Source: Octopus vulgaris
Lineage: Eukaryota
Direction: 5' to 3'
DNA length: 64,000 nucleotides
Assembly (NCBI GenBank): GCA_951406725.2
Contig: OX597814.1
Location: 110,670,001-110,734,000 of the forward strand
Shown one piece after another: positions 25,638-40,007 of this stretch. The position numbers and the translations under genes are program-made. Under the pieces are notes generated by a model, which did no database searches, had not been told where the DNA came from, and was given only the letters and a program-made list of their open reading frames with translations. Each line of letters begins with the position of its first letter. The first letter of the stretch is position 1.

Positions 25638-25946
25638 GTAGAGGTGCAATGGCCCAGTAGTTAGGGCAGCTGACTCGCGATCGTAGGATCGTAGTTTCGA
25701 TTCCCAGAGTGGGCATTGTGAGTGTTTATTGAGTGAAAACATCTAAAGCTCCACATGGCTCTGGCAGGGGGTGGCAGCGATCCCTGCTGTACTCTTTCGC
25801 CACAACTTTCTCTCACTCCTTCTTCTGTTGTCCTGCTCTCTTAGCCAGTGGGGTGGCGTCATTTGAAGGCTAAAACAATGCGAAGCGCATTGTGACCAGC
25901 GATGTGTAGTAACATCTGATAGCCTGGTCAGTCATGTGATCATGTG
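25638..25946 (+). mobile_element. tRNA-derived SINE (same head as 14562, different 3' tail) with TSD
   Basis: Flanks ataaggtcataaatg / ataaagtcataaatg; head gaggtgcaatggcccagtagttagggcagc. Confidence 0.8.
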
Positions 25947-28900
25947 ATAAAGTCATAAATGACAGAGAAATATTTTGACAAACTTTTATTTAATGATTTA
26001 AGTTACGAAGCAATTTGTCGTGATTATAGCGTTTTTCTAATTGTTAAATAAAAGTTAATCAAAATATTTCTCTATCATTTATGCCTTTATAAACTCCTTA
26101 TCCTTTTCTCTTGTATATTGTTACATTTTCTATATGGTTTGGATAATGATATATTAAGGAACATTTTTTATGAGTACCACCGGATTACCTGAATTGATAT
26201 ATTGTGACTTAAATATAAAATGTGTGTGTGTGTGTGAGTGTGCAGCCTTCTGGCTCACCAGTCCTCAGTCAAACCGTCCAACCCATGCCAGCATGGAAAG
26301 CGGACATTATGATGATGATGATGTGTATATATACACACACACACATAAACACTCACATGCATACATGTGTGCGTATATGTATGTATCTCTTTCTCTATTT
26401 ATCTGTCTATCTGTATATATATATACACATATATACATATATATACACGCACACATACATACAGTCATGTACATATATATATTATGTAATGTTTGTTTTA
26501 AGCATATATGTGTATGTGTGTGTAAATATATATTTATATATGTGTCTTTGTGTGTGTGTGTGCACGCGTGGTTATTAGCAAGGGAGAAAAGGCTAGACAG
26601 ACAGCTTGAGATAGACAGAGGCAGAAGGATATAAATATAAACTCAACTACAAACAGGGAGGGAAACAGCAGGGGATGGGGGCAGGGAACAGCCAAAACGG
26701 GGTGGAATGAGTCATGCAGTATGGAAAAGTTTCTGGAAAACCAAAATTTATCCAGTTTTTTTTTCTTTTTCCCTTTTTCTTTTCTTTTTCTTTTTTTTAG
26801 CAGAGAAGCTACTAGTCAAGAATTGTTATTACAATCTATCTATGGTTCCCAAATAACCAAAAGCATGGTTCCCTTCAGTACGGAGACACAGTGTGAAGCG
26901 AAGAAACCTCCCACACTTTGCAGGTTGCCCAAAGTTTCAGTATTGTTCATCTGTTGAACATCTGCTTTCCATGCTGGCATGGGTTGGATGGCTTGACTGA
27001 AAACTGGTAAGAGGGGTGGGTGGGGGCTGCACAAGGTTCCGATCTGATTTGGCAAGGTTTCTATGACTTTATGCCCTTCCTAATGCCAACCACTCCAAAA
27101 GTTCCTTTGGGTGCTCTTCACGTTCCACTGACCTGACACCGGCATCGGTCACAACTACAGTCTCACTTGGCTTCACAGGTCTACACAAGCACGGTGTATC
27201 GCCAAGGGTCTTGGTCACCTGTCACTGCTTCCATGAGGCCCAACACTTGAATGGTGCTTTTTACATGCCACTGGCAAAGGTACCACTGACCTGACACCAG
27301 CATCGGTCATGACTACAGTCTCACTTGGCTTGACAGGTCTACACAAGTATGGTGTATTACCAAGGGTCTTCCTCTCTCTTATTTAAAGAATAGTAGCAGT
27401 GGTGGTGGTAGTGATGGTGGTGGTGGTGGTGGTGGTAGTAGTAGTAGTAGTAGCCACAACAGCAACAGTAGAATGAAGACATGTGGCCTAGTGGTTAGGG
27501 CGATTGGCTCATAATCACAAAAAGGCTGTGGGTTCACTTCCTAGATTGGGTGCTGTGTTTTTGTTCTTGAACAAGGCCCGTTGTTTCACATTGTTCCAGT
27601 TTACTCAGCTGAAAACAAGTAACAACCGACTACTGGGGGGGGGGGCTCTCTCCCTCCAGCCATCACATCCTGAACAATGTTCCACTTGGTCATGGGTGAG
27701 TTGGCCAAGAGATGGTGGAGGTTTTATATCTCCATGCAACAATAGAGACCCATAAATCAATTGACAAATACATATTAGGTAGTAGGGCTCCGAAAGGGGT
27801 CTCAGGGAGTAGCATCCCTGCCTTCCTGAGCTAGTTTTCCACTACATTTCTTAAAAATTGTGGTAGAGGCCTTGGTCTTGGGACCACTCATGTCTAGAAA
27901 CTGCGGTTGGGGGTAAGCAAGGGCATGCTCCCCATAGAAAATCCAGCTCCAAAAAAGCCTCATGACAGCAAAGGAGAATGGGCATGAGCCAGCCCAAAGG
28001 TTGGGGTGGGCTGCACCTGCCTATATTGGTTGCTATGGCATTGAGGTAGATCCAACCACCCCCATTAACGGGGACAAAATCCAGATTTAAAACACTGGAT
28101 GATGATGATGATAAGTTACCAAAGCTATATTCAATCATGAATGACAGCTAGCTGTACTGTAGCAGCAGCAGCAGCAGCAGAAGCAGCAGCAGCAGTAGTA
28201 GTAGTAGTAGTAGGAGGAGGAGGAGGAACAGCAGCAGCAGCAGTGAGGCTGGAATGAAACAGATGCCACCATAGCAGGTATCATCATTGCCCTCCTGTGG
28301 GTAGATAAAAGTTTAAAGTTACCAAATTAAGACACGATTATCAGCTTTTTGTTGTGTCCCTTGCTATCTGATAGGACCCAACTTTTATTATCTAATATAT
28401 CAATTATCCTGGATGCAAATAACATTTAGGCAATGAACTACACTAACACATATAAGATTTCGCAATGTTTCTGTTCAGTTTGAAACTGTATAGGCCATTG
28501 ATACCCAGACTATGGGATGTGACCCAAATTGGGTCACAGCATAAATTCTGAAAGGGCCAAAAAGGAAAAAAAAAATCTTTTGCTTTAGAAATATTTTTTT
28601 ATTTGGAAGAAAAAGCAGTACTCGTGACCCTGTTGCTTGGGTGTTTGCTGGCTGTGAGGGTCATTGGTTGAGTTGACAAATGAAAAATTTTTCGTGGGCT
28701 GTGTGAAGGAGTCACTGAATGACACCCACGGACACTTAATAGAAGATTTTTTTATTGCATCAAGTCAAACTGTGCTGGTCTTTTACAAATATCATCATCA
28801 TCATCGTTTTACATCCGCTTTCCATGCTGGCATGAGTTGACCAGTTTGACTGAGGACTGGTGAGCCAGAGGCTTCACCAGGCTCAATCTGATCTGGCAAA

Positions 28901-30729
28901 GTTTCTACAGCTGGATGTCCTTCCTAATGCCAACCACTCTGTGAGTGTAGTGGGTGCTTTTACGTGCCACCGGCATGAGGGCCAGTCCAGTGGCACTGGC
29001 AACAACCACACTCAACTGTTGTTTTTCACGTACCACCAGCACATGTGCCAGTAAAGTGATGTTGGCAATGATCACACTCGAATGGTGCTTTTCATGTGTC
29101 ACCAGCATGTGTCACCCTGGCAACAATCATGCTCGGATGTGCTTTTAACGCACCACTGGCCCAATAGCCAATCAGGCGGTACTGTCATCGGCCCCATCAG
29201 TGATTTTGATTTGTTTACACTTGCCTCAATAGGTCTTCGCAAGCAAAGTTCATTGTCCAATGAATGAGGGGTGCTCATAAGTGGGGTGGTTACAACCCCA
29301 CATTTGGATATGCTTTTAACGTTCCACTGGCACGAGTGCCAAATTATTACATGCTTGGTATGAGATACTGCTTGGAGTTTGTGGCAAGCTATTGAAATGG
29401 CGACATGCAGCTTGACCAACATAACTGGAAACAACTGTGCTATATTTGTGATGATGGAGGGTCCTGGACAAGTGTCTGAGACATATGCATGGGCTGTCTG
29501 GTGTGGCAAGAAAAGAGGTACATTTCACTTGGCAGCTTCAACATTCCACAATTAATTACTGCCGAAAGAAGATTCCAGACGATTGAATCATGCAATGGCT
29601 TCACACTGATTGGTTGCTAAATAGACCAATCATGTGAAACAGTCATGATGTCTGATCAGTTATCCAGGGATTCAGCTTCAGGTCCCTGCTACAACCCTTA
29701 ACAGGGCCTCTGAAAATGGTGGAAGGATAGGAGGGGGTTATTCTCAAATGAAAGACTTAGTTTAAAAGCTTGCAGCTGAATGAACTCAGGTAAAGGTACT
29801 GCGCAGGGTGTCAAACTAGGAAATTGATTAAGTCTATCATCCATGACATAAATTCTTTATGAATTTTTAAATTGCAACATAAATACTCTCTGTTAGTCAT
29901 TATATCCTGAATGTATTGTTTCTTTGGGCAACAACATCAATTGTTAACTGTCAGGACATTCTTCAAAAAATTCCATGCTTCCTGAAATTTGCCAACATTT
30001 TTCCTGACCTGCCTCTCCACCCTTTCTTCTTTATGGTTCCTTTAAAGTTCATTCTTCTATCTTTTTCTGTTTTAGTCCATGTATTGTGTATGTATTTCTT
30101 AGCTTTCATTGATCCCTTTCTTTACTTCTATGTCTGCTTTCTCTCCCTTCTTTTAACCTTTTCTGATGACTCGTAGAACACTGTTTCATTATAAATATAT
30201 TTTATAGTATTATTTATGTTTTATTTTCTATTAATTCATTTATTCATTTAATTTTATTTACTGAAAAAGAATTATTTTCAATGATTTATTTACTGAAAAT
30301 TATTCTTCATGGTTATTACAAAGTACGTTTTACAAAATACGTTTTCTTTTCCATCTTTTTACTGTTTAATTAATAATATTAATCTTAACATCAAATTATT
30401 ATTTTAGTTTTAAAATAAATTACAGATAGTCATAATTTAACAGTTTATTTGACAGATACATAATAATTAATATTTTGACTATTTAAATCAATACTTTGGT
30501 TTTCATTCATAACCAGACGACAGATTCATCTCTGCTTCAGTTGAAACAATGGTTTTTCTACTTAAATCTTAATTATCTTTGGTTTTTGTTTAAAACACTC
30601 ACATTTATATCAGTGACATTGAATCTTGATTCAACTAGTATAAAAAAATATTTTGTTTGCTTTCTTTGTTGAATAATTATTTAATTATTAAAGTTTTGAT
30701 ATCTAAGAACTGACTTGAGAGAAACTCAC

Positions 30730-30794
30730 AAGATTATCCGCCATCTTTCCAACAACAACTTTCACAACTTGTTTCAGTTCAATGTCTCTTCCAA
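30730..30794 (-). CDS. Candidate orphan exon: (x)GRDIELKQVVKVVVGKMADNL, or 5'UTR plus start MADNL
   Basis: On the minus strand: ctacag acceptor, consensus gtgagt donor, one open frame across 65 nt, aagATGgcg start context, in unique non-repeat sequence. No partner exons identified. Confidence 0.35.
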
Positions 30795-31229
30795 CTGTAG
30801 ACATGTTTATAAACCAAATAAAAACTGAGCCATATCCTTGACTTTTGGAAACATTTTTCAATCTGTCATAAGTCAGACAGCTTGTAAGTCAGTGACAATA
30901 AAGTTATAGGCATAGGTGGGTGGTGGGTGGTTATGGAACAACATTTACTGTGAAAAAATCTGAATATTTCCCCAAGAAAACCATCAACGGTTGATTTCAT
31001 TTAATTTGGGTTAAATTAAAAGCACCAGTGCTGGTGCCACGTATAAATCATCCATGCTGGTGTCAGGTAAGCAAGCACCCAGTATGCTCTGTAAAGCGGT
31101 TAGCATTAGGAATGGCATCCAGCTGTAGAAACCATCCCCAAAAAAGACAATTGGAGTCTGGTGCAGTCCTCTGGCTTGCCAGCTCCTGTCAAACTGTCTG
31201 ACCCATACCAGCATGGAAAATGGATGTTA

Positions 31230-31478
31230 AATGATGATGATGGTGATGATGATGATGATGATGATAATGATGGTGATTGTGGTGGTGGTGTTGTAGGTAG
31301 TGGTGACGCCACCGCCGCCGATGGTGATTGTGGTGGTGGTGACGACGACGACGACGACGATGATGATGATGATGAGGATGATGATTGTGGTGGTGGTGAC
31401 GACGATGACAACGATGATGATGAGGATGATGATTGTGGTGGTGGTGACGATGACGACAACGATGATGATGATGATGAT
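31230..31478. repeat. Compound (GAT/GAC/GGT)n tract with a higher-order unit
   Basis: gattgtggtggtggtgacga..gac recurs several times; it extends from the (GAT)n tail of the upstream retroelement. Confidence 0.85.
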
Positions 31479-31926
31479 TTCCATATCCAGAAAAAAACAA
31501 AAGCAAAGAGTCATGCTGGATTATTAAGTTACTAAAATAGGTTGCAATGACAAAAGGTAGGAAATGGCTGCTGTAGAGCCGTCTTGTCCATCTAATACTG
31601 TAGATAAGTCATAGGACTAACAACATTTGGCTCCCTTTGTTTAAAAACTACCATTGATGGTTGAGTGGCTGTTATCAATAAGAGCAACCAGACCAGAAAA
31701 CATTTGCTCATGTGAGTCAATGAGGAAGCTTCTGGGGTCTCTCAGTGTGCTAGAAGTAGCAGCCAAATCTTTCTGACATCTCACCCTTACTGTCTTACAA
31801 AGAAATACTTTAAATAAAATATTCATGGGTGATGGTCATGGCTAGAACACTTTGAAGCATGAGTTTGTTTGGAACTAAGCAATAACAGCAGATGATGATG
31901 AATTTAATATTAATATTAAACTCCTA

Positions 31927-32316
31927 AGGCGTAGGAGTGGCTGTGTGGTAAGTTGCTTGCTTACGAGCCACATGGTTCTGGGTTCAGTCCCACTGCATGG
32001 CACCTTGGGCAAGTGTCTTCTACTATAGCCTTGGGCCGACCAAAGCCTTGTCGTATATATGTATATATATATATGTATGTATGTATGTGTGTGTATGTAT
32101 ATGTTTGTGCGTCTGTGTTTGTCCCCCCAACATCGCTTGACAGCTGATGGTGGTGTGTTTAGGTCCCCGTAACTTAGCGGTTTGGCAAAAGAGACCGATA
32201 GAATAAGTACTAGGCATTCAAAGAATAAGTCCTGGGGTCGATTTGCTCGACTAAAGGCAGTGCTCCAGCATGGCCACAGTAAAATGACTGAAAAAAGTAA
32301 AAGAGTAAAAGAGTAA
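31927..32316 (+). mobile_element. Major tRNA-derived SINE with internal (TA)/(TG) microsatellite
   Basis: A box tggctgtgtgg, B box ggttcagtccc, tail (agtaaaag)n. Many copies in the window, e.g. 34880-35290 (-), 41460-41860 (-), 49950-50285 (+), 62075-62445 (+). Confidence 0.85.
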
Positions 32317-34069
32317 AGATTATTAAGATATCCAACCTTTTATGGTAATTAAAAGGTGGTTGGCTACACAGGGGTTGTTCTACTGTTTCATCTCTTTCTG
32401 AATTGGTGGGATGTAATTTGAAGGAGATTTGACTGCTGTTTCTAGCATATGTGCAACCACATTGAGGCCCTTTCATTGAAGTGCATGACAATGAAGAGGC
32501 TTCCCCTCATTGCTCACTTCCCCCACCATCCAGTTTAACCTTGAATGAACAGACCTTATGATCAAAGGTGTACAAGCCAGCCATGACTATCTCATCTTGT
32601 ATCTTTTATCTCTTACTTGTTTCAGTCATTAGACTGTGGCCATACTGGGGCACCACCTCGAAGAATTTTTGGCTGAATGAATTGGCTCCAGCACTTACTC
32701 TTTTTTAAAGCTTGACACTTATTCTATCAGTCTCTTTTTGCTGAACCGTTAAGTTATGGGGACATAAACACACCAACACCGGTTGTCAAGCAGTGATGGA
32801 GGACAAACATAGACATAAAGACAAACATGCACACACACACACACACACACACATACACACACGCATGCATGCACATTCATATGAGGGGCTTCTTTCAGTT
32901 TCCATCTACCAAATCCACTCACAAAGATTTGGTCAGCCTGAGGCTATAGTAGAAGGCACTTGCTCAAGATGTGATGCAGTGGGACTGAACCCGGAGCCGT
33001 GTGGTCGGGAAGCAAACTTCTTACCACACAACCACAACCAGGATTATTATATTGTCCGATGTGTCTTTACCTTTTCATGGTGGTATGGTGTGATTCGGTG
33101 AAGGCATGGAAACCTGTGGTTTGTGTGCTGCATTCACAAGCATTAGTATAGTAGGTGCCACACAGTGGAACTGAACCTGGAGCCATGTGGTTGGGAAGCA
33201 CGCTTCTTATCACATAACCACCCTTGCACCATCCACACAGTCACTCCTGTGCCATTATATATATATATATATATATATATAACATCATCATCATCATCGT
33301 TATCTTTCCTTTTACACAGCCCCAGACTGGGCTGTGTATCATGTTCTTGAGACAGATGGCACAGTGTGTCCTTGAGCAAGGCACTTCATTTCCCATTGCT
33401 GAAGTGCACTCAGCTGAAAAAGAGTACCGGTGGCATATTGGGGTAGGGGTTAAACCTGCAATGAACTGGTTTTCCTTTCAGGGGTGAGCATTGTATTTTC
33501 AGCCTCAATGCCTTGTAAACCCCAATTATCTCTGGGTTTATGAGACTGCAAACTCAAAGTAAACTTTTAAGATGGGAATTCAGGTAGATTTTGCTGCTAT
33601 TTCTAGCATGGCCAAGTGACTTACATGAATTCAGGTTCAATCCCTGGTTGTAACATTTAGATAAATCTCTTCTCCTATAGTTCCGGGTTGTCCAAACCCT
33701 TGTGAATGAAGTTTAATAGACAGAAGCTGTGAGGAAGTCCATCAGAATGAGCATTGAAAACCCAGAGACAGCCTCCATCATTGAACTGTGTGACTTAATG
33801 GAGATCCTGTTCACTCCTGTTTGATTTCAGTGATTATTTCAAGTTTTTCCTTGGACTTGGAGAAAGACACAGGAAACCACTTTAGTATGACTTCCCTCAA
33901 TATATCCTCCACTCCTCCACTCAACAGGATCAAATTTCTCCTTTTACAAATTCAGCAGTGTAAAACAGCTGTATAAGTAAAATAGAGGATATATAATACA
34001 GTGGTGTATATAAGTAGTCAACGAAACAGTAGTATACTTAAAACAGTTGTATATATAAAACAGTATGTG

Positions 34070-34410
34070 AAGGTACATGGCTCAGTGAATAGAGCGTTGG
34101 GCTCACAATTACGAGATATTGAGTTTGATTCCCAGACCGGGCTGTGTATAATGTTCTTGAGCTAGACACTTTATTTCATGTTGCTCTAGTTCACTCAGCT
34201 GTAGAAATGAATTACGACACCACTGGTGCCAAGTTGTATTGGCCCCTTTGCTTTTCCCTTGGATAACATTGGTGGCATGGAGAGGAGAGGCTGGTACACA
34301 TGGGCAGCTGCTGGTCTTCCATAAAACAACCTTGCCTGGACCTTGCCTGGACTTGTGCCTTGGTGGGTAACTTTCTCATGGTCATTCATGATTAAAAGGG
34401 GTCTTTACCT
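34070..34410 (+). mobile_element. tRNA-derived SINE with ttcttgagc.agacactttatttca body
   Basis: A box tggctcagtg and B box gagtttgattccc; related heads at about 27475 and 51395/51741. Confidence 0.7.
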
Positions 34411-34644
34411 TTTATATAAAGCAGTAATATCTCTTGCTTTTTACTCGTTACAGTCATTAGACTGTGGCCATGCTGGAGCACAGCTTTGAATTTTTAGTCG
34501 AATAAATCGAACCCCAGTACTTATTTTTTAAGCCTGGTGCTTACTCTATTGGTCTCTTTTGCTGAACCACTCAGTTACAGGGACATAAACACACCAATAC
34601 AAGTTGTCAAATGATGGTGGGGGAAACAAATACAGACACAAAGA

Positions 34645-34689
<45 letters not shown>

Positions 34690-35290
34690 TGGGCTTCTTT
34701 CAGTTTCTGTCTGCCAAATTCACTCACAAGGGTTTGGTTGGCCCGAGGCTATAGCAGGTGCAACACAGTGGAACTGAACCTGGAACCATGTAGTTGGGAA
34801 GCAAGCTTCTTAACACATAGCCACCCCTGCACCATCCACACAGCTACTCCTGTGCCATTATATATATATATATTATACTTTTTACTCTTTTACTCTTTTA
34901 CTTGTTACAGTCATTTGACTGTGGCCATGCTGGAGCACCTTTTAATTGAGCAAATCGACCCCAGGACTTATTCTTTGTAAGCCTAGTACTTATTCTATTG
35001 GTCTCTTTTGCTGAAGCGCTAAGTTACGGGATCATAAACACACCAGCATCGGTTGTCAAGTGATGTTGGGTGGACAAACACAGACACACAAACATATACA
35101 CACACATACATATATATATATACATATATACGACGGGCTTCTTTCAGTTTCTGTCTACCAAATTCACTCACAAGGCTTTGGTCGGCCCGAGGCTATAGTA
35201 GAAGACACTACCCAAGGTGCCACGACGTGGGACTGAACTCGGAACCATGTGGTTGGTAAGCAAGCTACTTACCACACAGCCACTCCTGTG

Positions 35291-35349
<59 letters not shown>

Positions 35350-36059
35350 CATCATCATCATCATCACTATTTAATGTACATTTTCATGCTGGTATGGGTT
35401 GGACAAAACAGTGGTATATAAAACAGCAGAAAATTTTTTATCTTTTATTACTTTCTTTTTATTACTGTGGTCATGCTGGAGCATTGCCTTGAAAAATTTT
35501 AGTTGAATGAACTGATCCCAGTACTTTTCTTTTTATTTAAGCCATTTGCTAGACTTCTAAATTACAGGGATGTAAACACACCAACACCAGTTGTTAAGTG
35601 GTGTGGGTGGAGTACAACACAGACATATGTCAAATAGTAAAAACACCAGCAACAAAATTGTTTGTGAGTGTTGTTGTTTAGTTTTATGTCAGCCATGATT
35701 GAGTTATATTGTAGTGAAGAAGCATTCCAGTCGTCACCATCTTGCCTACTTTATATTTTCATATATAGTGTACCGGGGACTACATTATCCAATGTGCACT
35801 CCTTTTAAGATACTAGGATGTTATGATTTGAGGAAGATACAGCTGCTATATATAGCGTTTTGAGCACTCTCCCCACCTCGCATCAAAGCTCCCTTGTTGG
35901 TTTGTGAAAGAAGTGTAGGTGTAGGTGTAGGAATTTCAGAGGTATCAAGAGAAATGAAAACGAAGAAGGATTGACTCAGCTGACTGAGGAGGGAATGGTA
36001 TGTAATTGTATGGCGCTGAAACTGGGAAAGTCATCAGAAGGCTGTTACACATGGGAAGT

Positions 36060-36141
36060 CTTCTTCATCATCATCATCGCTGTTGTTCTTGTCATCATAA
36101 TCATCATCACCATCATCATCATCATCATCATCATAATCATC

Positions 36142-36172
<31 letters not shown>

Positions 36173-36286
36173 CCACCACCATCATTATCATCATCACCAC
36201 CATCATAATCATCGTGATTGTTGTCATCATTTTTGTCATTATAATCATGATTGTCGTTGTTATGATATTATCATCATTGTCTTCAC

Positions 36287-36325
<39 letters not shown>
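36060..36325. repeat. Degenerate (ATC)n tract
   Basis: Directly visible; it is the expanded tail of the minus-strand retroelement that follows. Confidence 0.85.
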
Positions 36326-37783
36326 TTAGTGTCCATTCCAGGGCTGGCACACTGGAAGGCTGCAGCAGACTCCAGTCTGATTTGGCATGGTTTTCTACAG
36401 CTGGATGCCCTTTCTAATGCCAACCATTCTGAGAGTGTGATGGGTGCTTTTACATGCCACTGGCACAGGTGCCATTTGTGTGACACTGGTGTCTGCCATG
36501 ACTATGATTTTGCTTAGCTTGCTGGATCTTTTTCTCAAGCACCACATAATGCCAATGCTCTTGGTCATTGCCTCTGCGAGGCCCAACACTCGAAAGGAAC
36601 TCAGTCACTTTGTCTTTGTGAGGCCCAACACTCAAAAGCAACTCAGTCACTTTGCTTCCATGAGGCCCAACACTCAAAAGGTACTCAGCCACTTTGCCTC
36701 TGTGACGCCAATGCTTGAAAGGAATTGTATGGTATTATATATTACCATTATTATCACCATCATTGTGGTGCCACATAAAAAGCAAAGGCACTGGTGCCAC
36801 GTAAAAAGCACTTGTGATGGTGCCATGTAAAATAAAAAGCATCCAGTATACACTGTGAAGTGGCTGGCATTAGGAAAGACATGCAGCCATTGAAACCAGG
36901 CCAAAACAGACAACTGGTGCCTAATGCGGCTCTCTGACTTGCCAGCTCCTGTCAAACTGTCCGACCCATGCCAGCGGGGAAGATGGACGTTAAATGATGA
37001 TGATGATCATCACGATCGTTATCATCATTGTCATCATCATCACCACTTTTACCACTACCACCACTATCACCACCATTGCCATTGCAGTCATTATTTATCA
37101 CCATCATCACTATTTTCATCATTCTCATCTCCATGATTATATTATTGACATCACTATTATCAGCATCCTTATGATGATGAATAACAACACCACCACCATC
37201 ACCTCCACCACTACTACCACTATCATCATCATCATTATCACCAGTTCAATGTATTTTGTTGTTTTCTTTTCCATGCTATCATCTTGACCCTGCATTTCCT
37301 GTTCCTTGATTCAACCTCCTTTTGATCTGAACACTCTTCTTCTTCTTGACCATGTCTTTCTGAGACAACTTCTGCCATAAACATGTTCAACATGTTCCAC
37401 TCTCATTTACATGGCAACAGAAATTAATGCACACAGGAAAGAGTCTGGAATAGTTTGTTTTAAAAAGTTTTTTTATTCCTAATAATATTTTCAATGTGCT
37501 TCCTTTAAAATGAATTTTATACAAGAATGGTGGGGTGAGGGTATTATTGTCTGTGGTTGGAGATTGGTCAAGTCCTCATTAAAACATGCCAATACAGATT
37601 TATTAACCATGAGAGATGGGCTGTACTTCAATTATCTTGAAATAATTTCAAGTTTACATTTACATAAGCATTCAGTGTATGCATAATTTTATCACAGGGT
37701 TAAAAATTTGCATGGCTTAAGCACCGGCATGGCTGTGTGGTAAGAAGTTTGCTTACCAACTGCATGTTTCTGGGTTTAGTTCC

Positions 37784-38102
37784 TGTTGTATAGTGAAACT
37801 GTATACCCCTCCCAGTAGAAAGTGGTAGTAACCAGCCATTATGAATAAACCAGTAGAAGGTCGAGAGTATGTGTAGACTGTGTTGATAGTCGTGTCTGTG
37901 CTGATATAGTAATTATACTGTGATACTGAGTGGACATTATAATGATTCAACCATTTGAGGATAATAATACTGTATAATTGGGGGTCATACAGTGCCAGAT
38001 AGAAACATCTTATTGACGATTTCGTAATTTAATAATATTTGTCACAGTAACAACTGTTGTTAAACGACAGATACAGCAGTGGCAAAAGACAGTTTTACAA
38101 CA
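37784..38102. mobile_element. Solo LTR (TGTTGTA...TACAACA) with 5-bp TSD, inserted in a SINE head
   Basis: TSD GTTCC at 37779-37783 and 38103-38107. Removing the insert restores the SINE B-box region. A second copy lies at 43433-44005 in the opposite orientation. Confidence 0.8.
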
Positions 38103-38206
38103 GTTCCACTGTGTGGCACCTTCGGTAAGTGTCTTCCAGTATAGCTTTGGACACCAACCAAAGCCTTGTGAGTGGATTTCATAGAGGGAAACTGGAAAAA
38201 GCCCAT

Positions 38207-38244
<38 letters not shown>

Positions 38245-38575
38245 TGTGTGTGTGTGTGTATTAACGTCATTTGATAGTTGCAAACAAGACTGATTTCTGT
38301 ATGGTGGAATATATCCAGCTTCTTGATCACCCCTTCACTGACATTTTCTATGTTTTATTGCTATACAGAAGCAATCTCAGAATTATTACACTATACGGCT
38401 GACCTTGTTCCACGTAAAGAGCACTCAATACATTCTGTAAAGTAGTCAGTGTTAGGAAGAGCAGTCAGCCATGTAAACCAAGCCAACACACATGACTGGA
38501 GCTTGGTGCAGCTCTCTGGCTTGCCAGTTCCTGTCAAACTGTTCAATCCATATCAGCATGGAAAACGGACGTTAA

Positions 38576-38606
<31 letters not shown>

Positions 38607-38750
38607 CAACAAGCTTCTTTCAGTCTCTCTCTAGCAAATCCCCTCACATGGTATCGGTTGGCCTGGGGCTATTGTAGAAGACACTTGCCCTGGACTGAAC
38701 TCCAAACCATGTGTTTAGAATGCAAAGTTAACCGTTCCTGCATTCTAAAA

Positions 38751-39376
38751 TTTTATTTTATTTTTAAGGTTACAAGAAACTCAGATTCTGAGGTGAGAAA
38801 GGGGTGAACAAAGTTTAAGGAGTTATTGCTTCTGTAAAAGACAAAGGGTTCCCTTCATGACTGCAAAAACATATACTGCATGAGTAAGCTCATTATCATC
38901 ACCATCATCGTTGTCGTCATCATCATCATCACCATCATCATTGTCATCATCATCATCATCATCATCATTGTCATCATCATCATCGTCATCATCATCATCA
39001 TCATCATTGTCATCTATGTCGTTGTCGTCATCATCATCATCATTGTCGTCGTTGTCGTCGTCATCATCGTCGTCGTTGTCGTCGTTGTCATCATCATCAT
39101 CAGCAGCAGCAGCAGCAGCAGTAGCAGCAGAAATCAGCCTTACTTACAACTATCACATAATGTTAACACACACACACAAATTTCATTTGTCATTTGCATG
39201 ATGAAAATCATAGACATTAGATGATGATGATGGTGATGGTGGTGACGATGATGATGGTGGTGGTGGTAGTGGTGGTGGTGGTGATGATAGTGATGATGAT
39301 GATGATGATGATGATGATGACGATGATGATGATGTGATGATGATTTTGATGATTTTGATGATGATGATTTTGATGA

Positions 39377-39445
<69 letters not shown>

Positions 39446-39655
39446 CGACGACGATGACGATGATGATGATGGTAATGGTGGTGGTGGTGGTGATGATGAT
39501 GATGATGATTGCTGATCTTAATCATGCAGTATATTTTTTTCGCAGTCATGAAGGAAACCCTTTGTCTCTTACAGAAGCTATAACTCCTTAAACTTTGCTC
39601 ACCCCTTTCTCACCTCAGAATCTCAGTTTCTAAGTAACCTTAAAAATAATAAAAA
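38751..39655. repeat. About 900-bp inverted repeat: unique outer arms plus (ATC)n/(GAT)n inner arms
   Basis: tttttaaggttacaagaaactcagattctgaggtgagaaagggg...cttcatgactgc is mirrored by gcagtcatgaagg...cccctttctcacctcagaatctcagtttctaagtaaccttaaaaa. Confidence 0.9.
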
Positions 39656-40007
39656 TAGCAAAAAAAAAAAAATTGATGCCAAAAATTCTCTTTTCGAGCG
39701 AAATGTAGAAACATTGAAGTAGGTTTCATAATTTCAAAACCATGTCACAAATAGGAAAATGTGTATTATGATGTCAGAATTATCTGGATGATTCAACTGT
39801 CATTTTATTTTTTAAGACAAAAATAAGAAAAAAGAAAAGCAAAACCTATCAACTGTTGGATGGAAGTTAACGCTCAGATAAATCTGTCACGTCCCTATTA
39901 AGTGCAATAGCAACTTCCTAAGTTTGGGGAGGTCAAGTGCAGGATTTGGGCATCAGTCAAGCTGCCATTGACACGTAAGCATCATTATGGTAATGTTTCA
40001 GCTTTTA

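Noticed and set aside
26801-26957. Acceptor-like T tract followed by an open frame EATSQELLLQ...
   Set aside because: No convincing donor or homology; it runs into a repeat.
31106-31535. Poly-Asp/His/Ser ORFs (also 35971-36417 and 38880-40709)
   Set aside because: Translations of trinucleotide microsatellites, open in several frames on both strands.
35940-35997. Purine-rich + strand exon candidate GIKRNENEEGLTQLTEEGM with ATG|gtatgt donor
   Set aside because: Poor pyrimidine tract, no recognisable homology, and no partner exons.
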